In this document: positions 49,292 through 58,180 of the stretch, piece after piece | Layout of the letters: each line of letters begins with the position of its first letter | How positions within the stretch are numbered: the stretch's first letter is position 1 | NCBI GenBank assembly: GCA_963720755.1 | Contig: CAVRGP010000015.1 | Location: 160,001 to 224,000 of the forward strand | DNA: 64,000 nucleotides | Direction: 5' to 3' | Origin: an uncultured Chloroflexia bacterium | GTDB taxonomy: Bacteria > Chloroflexota > Limnocylindria > Limnocylindrales > CSP1-4 | Position numbers and translations under genes: made by a program | The notes under the pieces: model-generated | Database searches by the model: none | Told to the model about the DNA's origin: nothing | Seen by the model: only the letters and a program-made list of their open reading frames with translations

Positions 49292-50529
49292 CCGCGCCGA
49301 CGGCCGGCGCGAACGGCCAGGTCTTCATCGTCAGCGCGGCCCGAACACCGATCGGACGGTTCGGCGGGGCGTTGAGCACGGTTCCCGCCACGGAGCTCGG
49401 CGGGGTCGCCATCCGGGCAGCCGTGGAGCGTGCCGGCGTGGACCCCGCGACGGCCAGTTTCGACGAGGTCTTGATGGGCCAGGTCCTGCAGGCCGGTGTC
49501 GGTCAGGCGCCGGCCCGCCAGGCGGCGCTCAGCGCCGGCCTGCCCGACGGGACGTCCGCCACGACCATCAATCGAGTCTGCGGTTCGGGCTTGAAGTCGA
49601 TCATGCTCGCCGCCGCGGAGATCCGGGCAGGCGACTCGGAGCTGGTCGTGGCTGGCGGGATGGAGTCGATGAATCGGGCGCCGTATCTCGTGCCCGGGGC
49701 ACGCTTCGGCCTGCGTCTTGGCAACGGCGAGCTGATCGACGCGACCGTCCACGACGGCCTGTGGTGCGCCATCGAGGATTGCCACATGGGCACCCACGCG
49801 GAGCGGGTCGCCATCAGCAACGAGGTCAGCCGGGAGGACCAGGACGCGTTCGCCCTGGAGTCGCACCAGAAGGCAGTCGCGGCCATCGATGCCGGCCGGT
49901 TCGATGCCGAGATGGCGCCGGTGACGGTCCGGGACGCCAAGGGGCGCGAGACGATCGTCGCCGTCGACGAAGGTCCGCGGCGTGACTCCACGATCGAAGC
50001 GCTGGCCCGCCTCAAGCCCGCGTTCGCGCTGCCCGACGGCGAGGATCGCGGGGCGGCCACGATGGGGACGGTCACCGCCGGCAACGCGCCCGGCATCACC
50101 GACGGCGCGGCTGCCACCGTGGTCGCGAGTGAGCGGGCGGTCGAGCGTCTCGGACTCGTCCCGATGGCGCGGATCGTCGGCTACGCCCAGGCCGAGGTGG
50201 CACCCAAGTGGCTCTTCCTGGCACCCATCGAGGGGGTTCGCCGCCTGCTCGAGCGTGTCGACCTGTCGATCGACGCGTTCGACCTGATCGAGATCAACGA
50301 GGCGTTCGCGGCGCAGACGCTGGCCGATGGACGGGCCTTGGGCTTCGACTGGTCGAAGGTCAACGTCAACGGCGGTGCGATCGCCATGGGTCATCCGATC
50401 GGCGCCAGCGGTGCGCGGATCGTCGCCACGCTCCTCCACGAACTGGCGCGCCGCGAGGGTCGTTACGGTCTGGCCACGCTGTGCCTCGGCGGTGGGGGAT
50501 CGGTCGCGATGGCGGTCGAACGGGTCTGA
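49288..50529 (+). CDS. Acetyl-CoA C-acyltransferase (thiolase)
   Basis: NRVCGSG, GGMESM, NEAF, GHPIGASG, CLGGG. Confidence 0.95.
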   Translation: MTAPTAGANGQVFIVSAARTPIGRFGGALSTVPATELGGVAIRAAVERAGVDPATASFDEVLMGQVLQAGVGQAPARQAALSAGLPDGTSATTINRVCGSGLKSIMLAAAEIRAGDSELVVAGGMESMNRAPYLVPGARFGLRLGNGELIDATVHDGLWCAIEDCHMGTHAERVAISNEVSREDQDAFALESHQKAVAAIDAGRFDAEMAPVTVRDAKGRETIVAVDEGPRRDSTIEALARLKPAFALPDGEDRGAATMGTVTAGNAPGITDGAAATVVASERAVERLGLVPMARIVGYAQAEVAPKWLFLAPIEGVRRLLERVDLSIDAFDLIEINEAFAAQTLADGRALGFDWSKVNVNGGAIAMGHPIGASGARIVATLLHELARREGRYGLATLCLGGGGSVAMAVERV

Positions 50530-50549
50530 TCGTGCCGTACGATGGATCG

Positions 50550-52058
50550 ATGACCGCGACCGACGGCGAGACGCCCACCTACCGCAACTTCATCGCCGGG
50601 GAATGGTGCGAGTCGACGTCGGGCCAGACGTTCGAAAGTCACGACCCCGCAGACAGCCGACGCGTCATCGGCCGCTTCCAGCAGGGGACGAAGGCCGACG
50701 TCGCGATGGCCATCAAGGCCGCCGAGACAGCCTTCCCGATGTGGCGGCGAACGCCGGCACCGAAGCGCGGCGAGATCCTGTACGCGTTCGGGGCGCTCAT
50801 GGCCCAGCACAAGGAACGGCTCGCGAAGGCGATGACTCGCGAGATGGGCAAAGTCATCGCCGAGGCGCGCGGCGACGTCCAGGAGGGGATCGACATCGCC
50901 TACCTGATGGCCGGCGAGGGTCGGCGGATGGCCGGCGACACCGTCCCGTCCGAACTTCCCGACAAGTGGGCGATGAGCATCCGCCAGCCCATCGGTGTAG
51001 CCGGGATCATCACGCCCTGGAACTTCCCGATGGCCATCCCGTGCTGGAAGACGATGCCGGCCCTTGTGACCGGCAACACGGTCGTGTTCAAGCCCTCGTC
51101 CGACACGCCCCACTGCGCCACGCTCCTGGTCGAGCTGATGGCCGAAGCCGGGTTCCCCGCGGGCGTGGTCAATCTGGTGACCGGGTCGGGCGCGGAGGTC
51201 GGCGACGCGATCGTCGACAGTCCCGATGTCGAGATCATCTCGTTCACCGGGTCGTCGGTGACCGGCAAGGGGATCGCCGCCCGGGCCGGCCGAAGGCTCA
51301 AGCGCGTGTCGCTCGAGCTCGGCGGCAAGAACGGGGTCGTCGTCCTGGCCGATGCCGACCTCGACCTGGCGACCGACGGCATCCTGTGGTCCGCCTTCGG
51401 GACGACCGGCCAGCGCTGTACCGCCGCCTCCAGGGTCATCGTCGACCGGTCGGTGGCCGATGCGCTGCTGGAGCGTCTCGAGGCGCGCGTCCGGAAACTC
51501 CGGCTCGGGTCGGGCCTGGACCCGGCGGTCGATGTCGGCCCGCTCATCAACCCCGGCGCCGTCGAGAAGGTCTCCTCGTACGTGGAGATCGGACGCAGGG
51601 AAGGGGAGCTGGTGATCGGCGGCGGCCGCTCGACCGAAGCGACCCTTGCCGATGGCCACTTCTTCGAACCCACGATCTTCGCCGGCGTCGGCGCCATGGA
51701 CCGGATCGGCCAAGAGGAGATCTTCGGCCCGGTGCTGTCAGTCATCCCGGTCGACGGGTACGGCGAGGCGATGCTGGCGCTCAACCAGACCCAGTACGGC
51801 CTGTCATCGAGCGTTTTCACCCGCGACGTGAACACGGCGTTCCGGGCGATGCGCGATTTCGAAACGGGCATCGTGTACATCAACGCCGGGACGACCGGAG
51901 CCGAGGTGCATCTGCCGTTCGGTGGCTGGAAAGAGACCGGCAACGGCCACCGCGAGGCCGGTCACGTCGCGCTCGACACGTACACCGAGTGGAAGTCGAT
52001 CTACGTCGACTTCAGCGGCCGGCTCCAGCGAGCCCAGATCGACAATCAGCCCGACTGA
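50550..52058 (+). CDS. Aldehyde dehydrogenase family protein
   Basis: PWNFP, FTGS, LELGGKN, GQRCT, EIFGP. Confidence 0.95.
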   Translation: MTATDGETPTYRNFIAGEWCESTSGQTFESHDPADSRRVIGRFQQGTKADVAMAIKAAETAFPMWRRTPAPKRGEILYAFGALMAQHKERLAKAMTREMGKVIAEARGDVQEGIDIAYLMAGEGRRMAGDTVPSELPDKWAMSIRQPIGVAGIITPWNFPMAIPCWKTMPALVTGNTVVFKPSSDTPHCATLLVELMAEAGFPAGVVNLVTGSGAEVGDAIVDSPDVEIISFTGSSVTGKGIAARAGRRLKRVSLELGGKNGVVVLADADLDLATDGILWSAFGTTGQRCTAASRVIVDRSVADALLERLEARVRKLRLGSGLDPAVDVGPLINPGAVEKVSSYVEIGRREGELVIGGGRSTEATLADGHFFEPTIFAGVGAMDRIGQEEIFGPVLSVIPVDGYGEAMLALNQTQYGLSSSVFTRDVNTAFRAMRDFETGIVYINAGTTGAEVHLPFGGWKETGNGHREAGHVALDTYTEWKSIYVDFSGRLQRAQIDNQPD

Positions 52059-53785
52059 CCATCGGCCACGGTGGGATCGACCATGCCCGGCGCCTGACTC
52101 GAGGCGAGGTCGAGGAGCTGGGCCAAACCGGCTCGGGTCGCCGCCACGACGACCTCCTCTCCAGCGTCCATCCGCTCGTCAATCGGGAAATCCCAGCGCG
52201 CCGTCTCCGACCCGGGGTCCGCGACGGCCAGGATCCGAAGCGCGCCGACCGTCCCCAGCGACGACGCCAGCCGACCCTCGAGGCGAGATCCTTCCGGGAC
52301 CCGGAGGCGGGCGAAGAGGATCACCCGATGATCGCCGACCGGCACCGTGGCGATGACCTCGGAGCCCACCGCCGCCGCCGCGAACGCCGGGGCCGCCAGG
52401 TGCGAGACGCTGCGCGTGAACCGGATCCCGAAGCCGCGTTGCACGCGCAGTGCGAATTCCGGATCGAACAATCGGACGACGACCCGCAGGTCGGGCCGAA
52501 GCTTCCGGGCATTGAGCGCGGTCGACAGGTTGACCAGATCGTCGCTCGTGGCTGCGATCAATGCCCGGGCGGTGTCGAGGTGGAGCTCGCCAAGCACATC
52601 GCCGTTCCGTGCATCACCGACGAAGACCGGGATCCCGGCTGCCCGGGTGGCCGAGATGAATCGACCCTCGTCGCTCACTTCGACGGCGACCACCGGCACG
52701 CCGCGGCTTGCCAGGCCGAGGGCGACCCGATAGCCGATCGAGCCCAGGCCCGCGACGATGACGTGGTCGTGGATCCGGCCCGGTACCGTCCGCCGACCGA
52801 GCGTCTGGAGAAGGCGCGATCGGATCAGCGCGTCGGTGATGAAGGCGTACACGATGGCGACGATGGCCGCCCCGACCAGGCTGAGGAAGATCGCATAGAT
52901 CCGCAACGCGCCGTTGCTGGCTGCGCCCGAGATATCGGCCGGCAGCGATGCCCCGGTCAGGAGCGTGATCGCATAGGACACGGCATCGAGCGGGGTCAGC
53001 CCCGCGACGACGTCGAAGAACAGAGCGGACCCGACGGCGAGGATGAGCAGGATCGTCGCGAAGCGGAGCAGGCGCTCCTCCGGTGCCCGCATCCGGGCTC
53101 GAAGTCCGTCGATGGTCCGCCCGAGCCAGCCGCTCGCGCCCGTCGATGGCGAGTCGATCGGCTGGCTCGCCGCGGTCGTCGCGGCGTCGCTCGGGTCCCG
53201 GACATCGACGACGATGAGGTCGGCTTCATGGGGCTCGGCCTCCGGCAACAAGTCGACCGATCGGTCCGGGTTGAGACGGGCGATCGGGATGGACCGATCC
53301 GAGCGGGCAGGCTCGGCGGACTGGCGGGACGTGACGAGTCGTCCGGCCAGCGCGAAGGTGACGCCGGTCTCGCCGTCCAGGGCTGCGGATACGAAGCCCG
53401 GGGCGGCCAGCGCCGACGAAGACAGCGCGACGGCATCCGGGAACAGGTCCGGGATATGCGCCCCCAGTTCCTGGTCGAACATCCGGATGACGACCCGTAT
53501 CGTCGGGTTCCGCTCGGTGGCGACGAGAGCGGCATTCAGGTTGGCCAGGTCGTCGCCCCCGGTCAGGACGATGACCCCGGCGTTTTCCACGCCAGCCTCG
53601 ACCAGGGTCCGGGCCAGTCGCTGATCGCCGATGACCAGGCGGACCCCGATGGCCTCGAGTGACTCGACCGGATCCGCGGTCGGGCCGATCGCCACGACCG
53701 CCTCGTCCCGGAGGCGCAACTGGTCGATCGTGCGCAGTCCAAGGTGTTCGAGCCCGCACACGATGACATGGCCGGTCGACAGCAT
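52046..53785 (-). CDS. TrkA/RCK-domain potassium-channel-like protein
   Basis: Two Rossmann RCK domains (HVIVCGL, HVIVAGLGSIG) flanking a 2-TM segment; C-terminal TrkA_C. Confidence 0.82.
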   Translation of the reverse strand: MLSTGHVIVCGLEHLGLRTIDQLRLRDEAVVAIGPTADPVESLEAIGVRLVIGDQRLARTLVEAGVENAGVIVLTGGDDLANLNAALVATERNPTIRVVIRMFDQELGAHIPDLFPDAVALSSSALAAPGFVSAALDGETGVTFALAGRLVTSRQSAEPARSDRSIPIARLNPDRSVDLLPEAEPHEADLIVVDVRDPSDAATTAASQPIDSPSTGASGWLGRTIDGLRARMRAPEERLLRFATILLILAVGSALFFDVVAGLTPLDAVSYAITLLTGASLPADISGAASNGALRIYAIFLSLVGAAIVAIVYAFITDALIRSRLLQTLGRRTVPGRIHDHVIVAGLGSIGYRVALGLASRGVPVVAVEVSDEGRFISATRAAGIPVFVGDARNGDVLGELHLDTARALIAATSDDLVNLSTALNARKLRPDLRVVVRLFDPEFALRVQRGFGIRFTRSVSHLAAPAFAAAAVGSEVIATVPVGDHRVILFARLRVPEGSRLEGRLASSLGTVGALRILAVADPGSETARWDFPIDERMDAGEEVVVAATRAGLAQLLDLASSQAPGMVDPTVADGQSG

Positions 53786-53850
53786 CGACCGAGTCTACGA
53801 GGTGCCAGCCGACCGCGACGACCGGTCTTGCGGTATCATCCCGGACTCGT

Positions 53851-53925
<75 letters not shown>

Positions 53926-53944
53926 TCCCAACAAGCACGAAATG

Positions 53945-53970
53945 ACCCCCGGAGGCCATCCCCCGGGGGT
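53945..53970 (+). terminator. Hairpin downstream of tRNA-Lys
   Basis: ACCCCCGG...CCGGGGGT. Confidence 0.55.
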
Positions 53971-54007
53971 CTGTGATTCTCATCGTCCGGGCATGGCCAG
54001 CGGCACG

Positions 54008-54322
54008 CTACGAAGGGACGACGAAGGCGCCGGAGACGATCACCACAAACACCAGCACGAACAACATCACGGCGAACGTCAGAAACGCGACGAGGCCCGC
54101 CAGGATCCACCGACTCGGCGTCGTGGCCCTGATCACCAGGCCGGCGACGAGCGTGCCAGCTGCCAGGCCGACCAGGGCGGAGGCGAATCCAAGGGGGCTG
54201 ATCCATGGCAGGCCGAGCGTCGCCAGTCATCCGACCGTCCCGCCGGCCAAACTCGCAACGATCCAACGCAACGGGGATACGGCGCGTGGTCTCGGTTCTT
54301 TCGTGGTTTCGGGCGAGGTCAT
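54008..54322 (-). pseudogene. Small 3-TM membrane protein interrupted by an in-frame TGA (codon 32)
   Basis: MTSPETTKEPRPRAVSPLRWIVASLAGGTVG*LATLGLPWISPLGFASALVGLAAG...VVPS; GGGAG SD; not in the ORF track. Confidence 0.6.
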
Positions 54323-54504
54323 GTCCGCTTCTCCCTGGCTGGCTCATGCAACGGTACTCGGGGAGGTCAGCATTGCCAGAGATGGACGTCCAAGGCGCCT
54401 CCTGAGCAGGAACCACGTGCCTCGCATCACCCGCAGCCATCGGGGTTGCGTGGCGGCGTAAGCTCAGCGCGCAGCGCGACACTGGTCAAGCACGAGGAGA
54501 CACC

Positions 54505-54714
54505 GTGGACGGCATGCTGGCTCCACTCGCGCCACTCATCGTCGTCGGGAGCCTACTGTGGGTCGGTCTCGCCGTCGGCATCGGACTCCTCGCGGAGCGG
54601 CGCGGGTCGTCCGGGTTGCTGTGGTTCGCTCTCGCGGTCTTCACGACCCCCATCGTCGCACTGCTCCTCCTCTTGATCGTGACTCCGCAAGGTGGACGGT
54701 CGGGTCGTCGGTAG
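54505..54714 (+). CDS. Small 2-TM membrane protein
   Basis: GAGGAG SD; A..RG.S..LWF motif. Confidence 0.65.
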   Translation: MDGMLAPLAPLIVVGSLLWVGLAVGIGLLAERRGSSGLLWFALAVFTTPIVALLLLLIVTPQGGRSGRR

Positions 54715-54880
54715 GTGTTCGGACCGTCGCGTTCGGCGATGACGAAGTGAGCATCGCTGACCCTCCAGCTGCACATCCCAACCGGCCTTAGAGCCCGGCG
54801 TGCCGTTCGGCGGGGTCTTTCGTGGCGGATGGCCGTTGCGCAGCAGCGGACGTCGCCATACGGTGGTCGGGGTGATCCAC

Positions 54881-55798
54881 ATGAGACGCCGCGCCGCGAG
54901 TCTGGTTCTCGGTCTCATCGTGGTGGTCGGTTGCTCGAGCGCGCCTGCAGATCCACCGACCATGCGTCCGTCGCCGGGCCCGATCACGTCGCCGATGACG
55001 CCGCCGGTCAGGACGGCCACGATCCCAAGTTCACCGCGAACCGTCGCTCCGACCGCACCACCCACGGCCGGTCCGACGTCTCCGCCGACCGCCACTCCCG
55101 CGCCGACCTCGAACCCGCAGCCGACGGCGTCTGCTCCGTCCAAGGCACCTCCGGTGAGCAAGGTCGTCCGCCACGGGCCGCGCTCGAGCGGGGCCGTCGC
55201 GTTGACCTTCGACATGGGGGGCCGGGTCGGTGACGCCCTCGCGATCGTCGACTGGCTCATCGACCACGGGGTTCACGCCACGATCTTCATGACCGGGGCG
55301 ATGGCCGACAACGTGAATACCGCTGCCGGACGAAAGGTCCTCGCTCGGATCGAGGACCATCCGGATCTGTTCACGCTCGGCAACCATTCCTATTCGCATC
55401 CCGATTTCCGGACGCTGACCGCGTCGGAGATGGTCGCTGAACTCGAACGGACGGAGGATGCCATCCGGCCGTACTGCACCCAGGATCCGGAGCCGTTCTT
55501 CCGGCCGCCGTACGGGGGCTACGATGCAGACGTCCTCGCCGCTGTCGGAGCCGCCGGTTACAGCCGGACCGTCATGTGGGACGTCGACACGATCGACTGG
55601 CGCCCGGTGGCCAACGACCCTCCAGGCCCGACCACCGACGAGATCGTCGCGAAAGTCCTCACCGGAGCGCAGGGCGGCTCGATCGTCCTGATGCACCTCG
55701 GTGGCTACAACACGTATGCCGCGCTACCTGGCATCGTTGCCGGCCTCGGGGCCGCTGGCTATGTCCTGGCCGACCTCGACCAGCTCCTCGGCGGCTGA
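54881..55798 (+). CDS. Polysaccharide deacetylase lipoprotein
   Basis: VVGC lipobox, Pro/Thr linker, ALTFD, NHSYSH, FRPPYG, IVLMH. Confidence 0.9.
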   Translation: MRRRAASLVLGLIVVVGCSSAPADPPTMRPSPGPITSPMTPPVRTATIPSSPRTVAPTAPPTAGPTSPPTATPAPTSNPQPTASAPSKAPPVSKVVRHGPRSSGAVALTFDMGGRVGDALAIVDWLIDHGVHATIFMTGAMADNVNTAAGRKVLARIEDHPDLFTLGNHSYSHPDFRTLTASEMVAELERTEDAIRPYCTQDPEPFFRPPYGGYDADVLAAVGAAGYSRTVMWDVDTIDWRPVANDPPGPTTDEIVAKVLTGAQGGSIVLMHLGGYNTYAALPGIVAGLGAAGYVLADLDQLLGG

Positions 55799-55824
55799 CA
55801 AACCGGCGACGACGGCCCGGCTAC

Positions 55825-56241
55825 CTACTTGTAGACGAGCGTGCCGCTATCGGTCAGCGTGATCGTCAGTTCGTTGTTCGCGATCGCGTAGCTTGCGGCA
55901 TTCCCCAGGCCCGCGACGTACTGGTTGGAGAGCGACCCCTCCGGGCACGCGGCGAGCGTCATCGGGCCTGGCGTGATCGTCAGCCCGTTCGATCCCGTCG
56001 TCGTGTAGCCCCCACTCACGAGGTTGCAGTCGGCCTTCGCGGAGAACGTCCCATCGGTCGCGAACTCGATGGTGTAGTTCGCCTGCTGGTCGGTCGGGAC
56101 GACGCCCTGGAAGGCCGGCACCTGTTCGGTGATCGCCGTCAGCTGCCAGGTCTTGCCAGTGAGGCTGCTGCCGCTCGAGCAGGCAGCGACCAGGAACACC
56201 GCGACGACCGCAAGCGCAAGAAGCGTGCGATGACGGGTCAT
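55825..56241 (-). CDS. META domain lipoprotein
   Basis: LVAAC, W.L..I, ADCN, MTLAAC. Confidence 0.85.
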   Translation of the reverse strand: MTRHRTLLALAVVAVFLVAACSSGSSLTGKTWQLTAITEQVPAFQGVVPTDQQANYTIEFATDGTFSAKADCNLVSGGYTTTGSNGLTITPGPMTLAACPEGSLSNQYVAGLGNAASYAIANNELTITLTDSGTLVYK

Positions 56242-56366
56242 GAGATCCCCCTGTCAAACGTGCAAGTGATGAGGGATACGCTAGCAGGAGGCGGGTCCGG
56301 ATGCTGGAGTCCTGTGCGCCGCACGAGGACCGCACCGACCGGCTGCGGATGCTACTCTGTGGCAGT

Positions 56367-56484
56367 CCTTTCATGGCCCGTCCTGTGAGGCTGGCGTACC
56401 GGTCCTGTGAGGCCGGCGAAGGAGGCACCTGATGTCTGCGCACGCGTCCGCCCACCGAGCCCAAGCGGCCGGTGGGTTCGTTTT
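56367..56484 (+). promoter_or_regulatory. PyrR attenuator leader with tandem PyrR sites and terminator
   Basis: GTCCTGTGAGGCT (56380) and GTCCTGTGAGGCC (56402) enclosed by CCTT/AAGG; hairpin CCCACCG/CGGTGGG plus T tract at 56451-56484. Confidence 0.8.
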
Positions 56485-56496
56485 GTCCGGGGTGAT

Positions 56497-57663
56497 GTGA
56501 TCGCCCGACCCGTTCCGCCCACGCCTCGCAACAGCGCGATCGTCGATCCCCGGATCGGCGATCTGGGACCGGCGCTCCTCGCGCTCGAGGATGGAAGCAT
56601 CTTTGCGGGGGTAGCGTTCGGTGCTGCGGTCTCGGCGGGTGGCGACCTGGTCGTCAACACGAGCCAGACCGGCTACCAGGAAGTCTGTACCGACCCCTCG
56701 TATGCCGGCCAGGTCGTCGTCATGACCTACCCACTCATCGGCAACTACGGGCGGCTGGCCGCCGACGACCAGTCGGTCCAGCCGTGGCTCCGGGCGCTCG
56801 TGGTCGCCAATGCGACGGCCGCGGTCCTCGACGACGCCCGGCAGCTGGCCTCACTTCTGCGCGACAACGCCATCCCGGCCATCGCCGGCGTGGATACCCG
56901 GGCGCTGGCGCGTCATCTCCGGGCGAACGGCAGTCTGCGCGGGATCGTGACGCGCCCAGGAGAGACGGATCGGGACAAGGCGGTCGCCGACGCCCGGGAC
57001 GTGACCCGCTGGGAAGAACAGGACTTCGTGAGCCAGGTGTCCCCGCCGGACGTCACCGACTATCCGGCCCGCGACGCCGCTTCCCCGCGCATCGCCATCG
57101 TCGACCTGGGACTCAAGAGCAATATCGTCCGGGCGATGCGCTTCCGCGGCGCCGGAGTCAGGGTGCTGCCCCACACGGCGGCGGCGGACGATGTCCTTGG
57201 CCCCGAGATCGACGGCGTCATCCTGTCGCCGGGCCCTGGAGACCCGGCCCGGCTGGCGGCCCAGGTGGCGCTTGCCCGCGCCATCATCGAAGACGGTCGA
57301 CCACTACTTGGGATCTGCCTTGGTCACCAGATCGTGGCTCGCGCCGCAGGTGCCGAGACGACTCGCCTGCGGTTCGGCCATCACGGCGCCAACCACCCGG
57401 TCCTCGACCGCGAGCTCGGTCTCGTCCAGGTGACGGCGCAGAACCACGAAGTGCAGGTCGTCGGCGACTCGCTCCCGGCGTCATCCGGCTTCTCGGTCAG
57501 CCAGGTCAACCTCAACGATGGGTCGGTGGAGGGCTTGCGTCACCGGGACAAGCCGATCGAGACGGTCCAGTACCACCCGGAGGGCGCGCCCGGCCCACTC
57601 GACGCGCTGGCGGTCTTCGACCGGTTCGTGGCCGCCGCCACCGCCGAGAGGGTCCGGCGATGA
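56497..57663 (+). CDS. carA: Carbamoyl-phosphate synthase small subunit
   Basis: LALEDG, TGYQE..TDPSY, SPGPGDP, GICLGHQ, QYHPE. Confidence 0.96.
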   Translation: MIARPVPPTPRNSAIVDPRIGDLGPALLALEDGSIFAGVAFGAAVSAGGDLVVNTSQTGYQEVCTDPSYAGQVVVMTYPLIGNYGRLAADDQSVQPWLRALVVANATAAVLDDARQLASLLRDNAIPAIAGVDTRALARHLRANGSLRGIVTRPGETDRDKAVADARDVTRWEEQDFVSQVSPPDVTDYPARDAASPRIAIVDLGLKSNIVRAMRFRGAGVRVLPHTAAADDVLGPEIDGVILSPGPGDPARLAAQVALARAIIEDGRPLLGICLGHQIVARAAGAETTRLRFGHHGANHPVLDRELGLVQVTAQNHEVQVVGDSLPASSGFSVSQVNLNDGSVEGLRHRDKPIETVQYHPEGAPGPLDALAVFDRFVAAATAERVRR

Positions 57664-57730
57664 CCCGATCCGCTGCGGGCCGATCCTCGCCGCGTAGGAC
57701 TCGATCCGCGCCGGCCACGACCCTTTCCGC

Positions 57731-58070
57731 GCCACATACGACTCGTGCTCGTCTTGGGCGAGACTTGACGGTGGAGACCGGCGTCGGGCTCCCGCCGCGA
57801 GCACGGATCACGATGCGGGGCCAGGGTCAGATGCCGGCGGCCACGGCGGTCCATCGCAGAACACGAGCCAGGCTCGTGTGTGGCGGGAAACCGGCCGCCG
57901 CAACGGGGATCCCTCGCAGAACACGAGCCAGGCTCGTGTGTGGCGGGAAACCGGCCGCCGCAACGCGGCTCCCTCGCAGAACACGAGCCACGCTCGTGAG
58001 TGGCACGAAACTCGCCGCCGCGACGTGGTTATCCCGCAGAACACGAGCCAGGCTCATGTGTGGCGGGAAA
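57731..58070. repeat. One inverted dyad copy plus a 4 x 60-bp tandem array of the same dyad
   Basis: Dyads at 57731, 57856, 57916, 57976, 58036; unit CGCAGAACACGAGCCAGGCTCGTGTGTGGCGGGAAACCGGCCGCCGC... Confidence 0.92.
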
Positions 58071-58073
58071 CTC

Positions 58074-58157
58074 GCCGGCACGAAACCGGCCGGCACGAAA
58101 CCGGCCGGCACGAAACCGGCCGGCACGAAACCCGCCGGCACGCGTGCCGGCGGCACG
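58074..58157 (+). repeat. 15-bp tandem repeat
   Basis: GCCGGCACGAAACCG x about 4 plus degenerate copies. Confidence 0.9.
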
Positions 58158-58180
58158 ACCCCCGCCCACGGGTGGCCCTC

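Noticed and set aside
50327-53662. 1111-aa ORF and other long shadow ORFs (e.g. 58882-61326, 47366-49261, 35438-37372)
   Set aside because: Arg/Gly/Pro-rich off-frame or antisense readings of clear genes, expected at about 70% GC
54227-54229. Selenocysteine or genome-wide TGA recoding
   Set aside because: Hydrophobic context with no redox motif or evident SECIS, and TGA terminates most genes in the window
53926-56300. Integrated island at tRNA-Lys
   Set aside because: No duplicated tRNA end or integrase found
57856-58070. CRISPR array interpretation of the 60-bp palindromic repeats
   Set aside because: The intervening segments resemble each other rather than being unique spacers, and there are no cas genes or AT-rich leader
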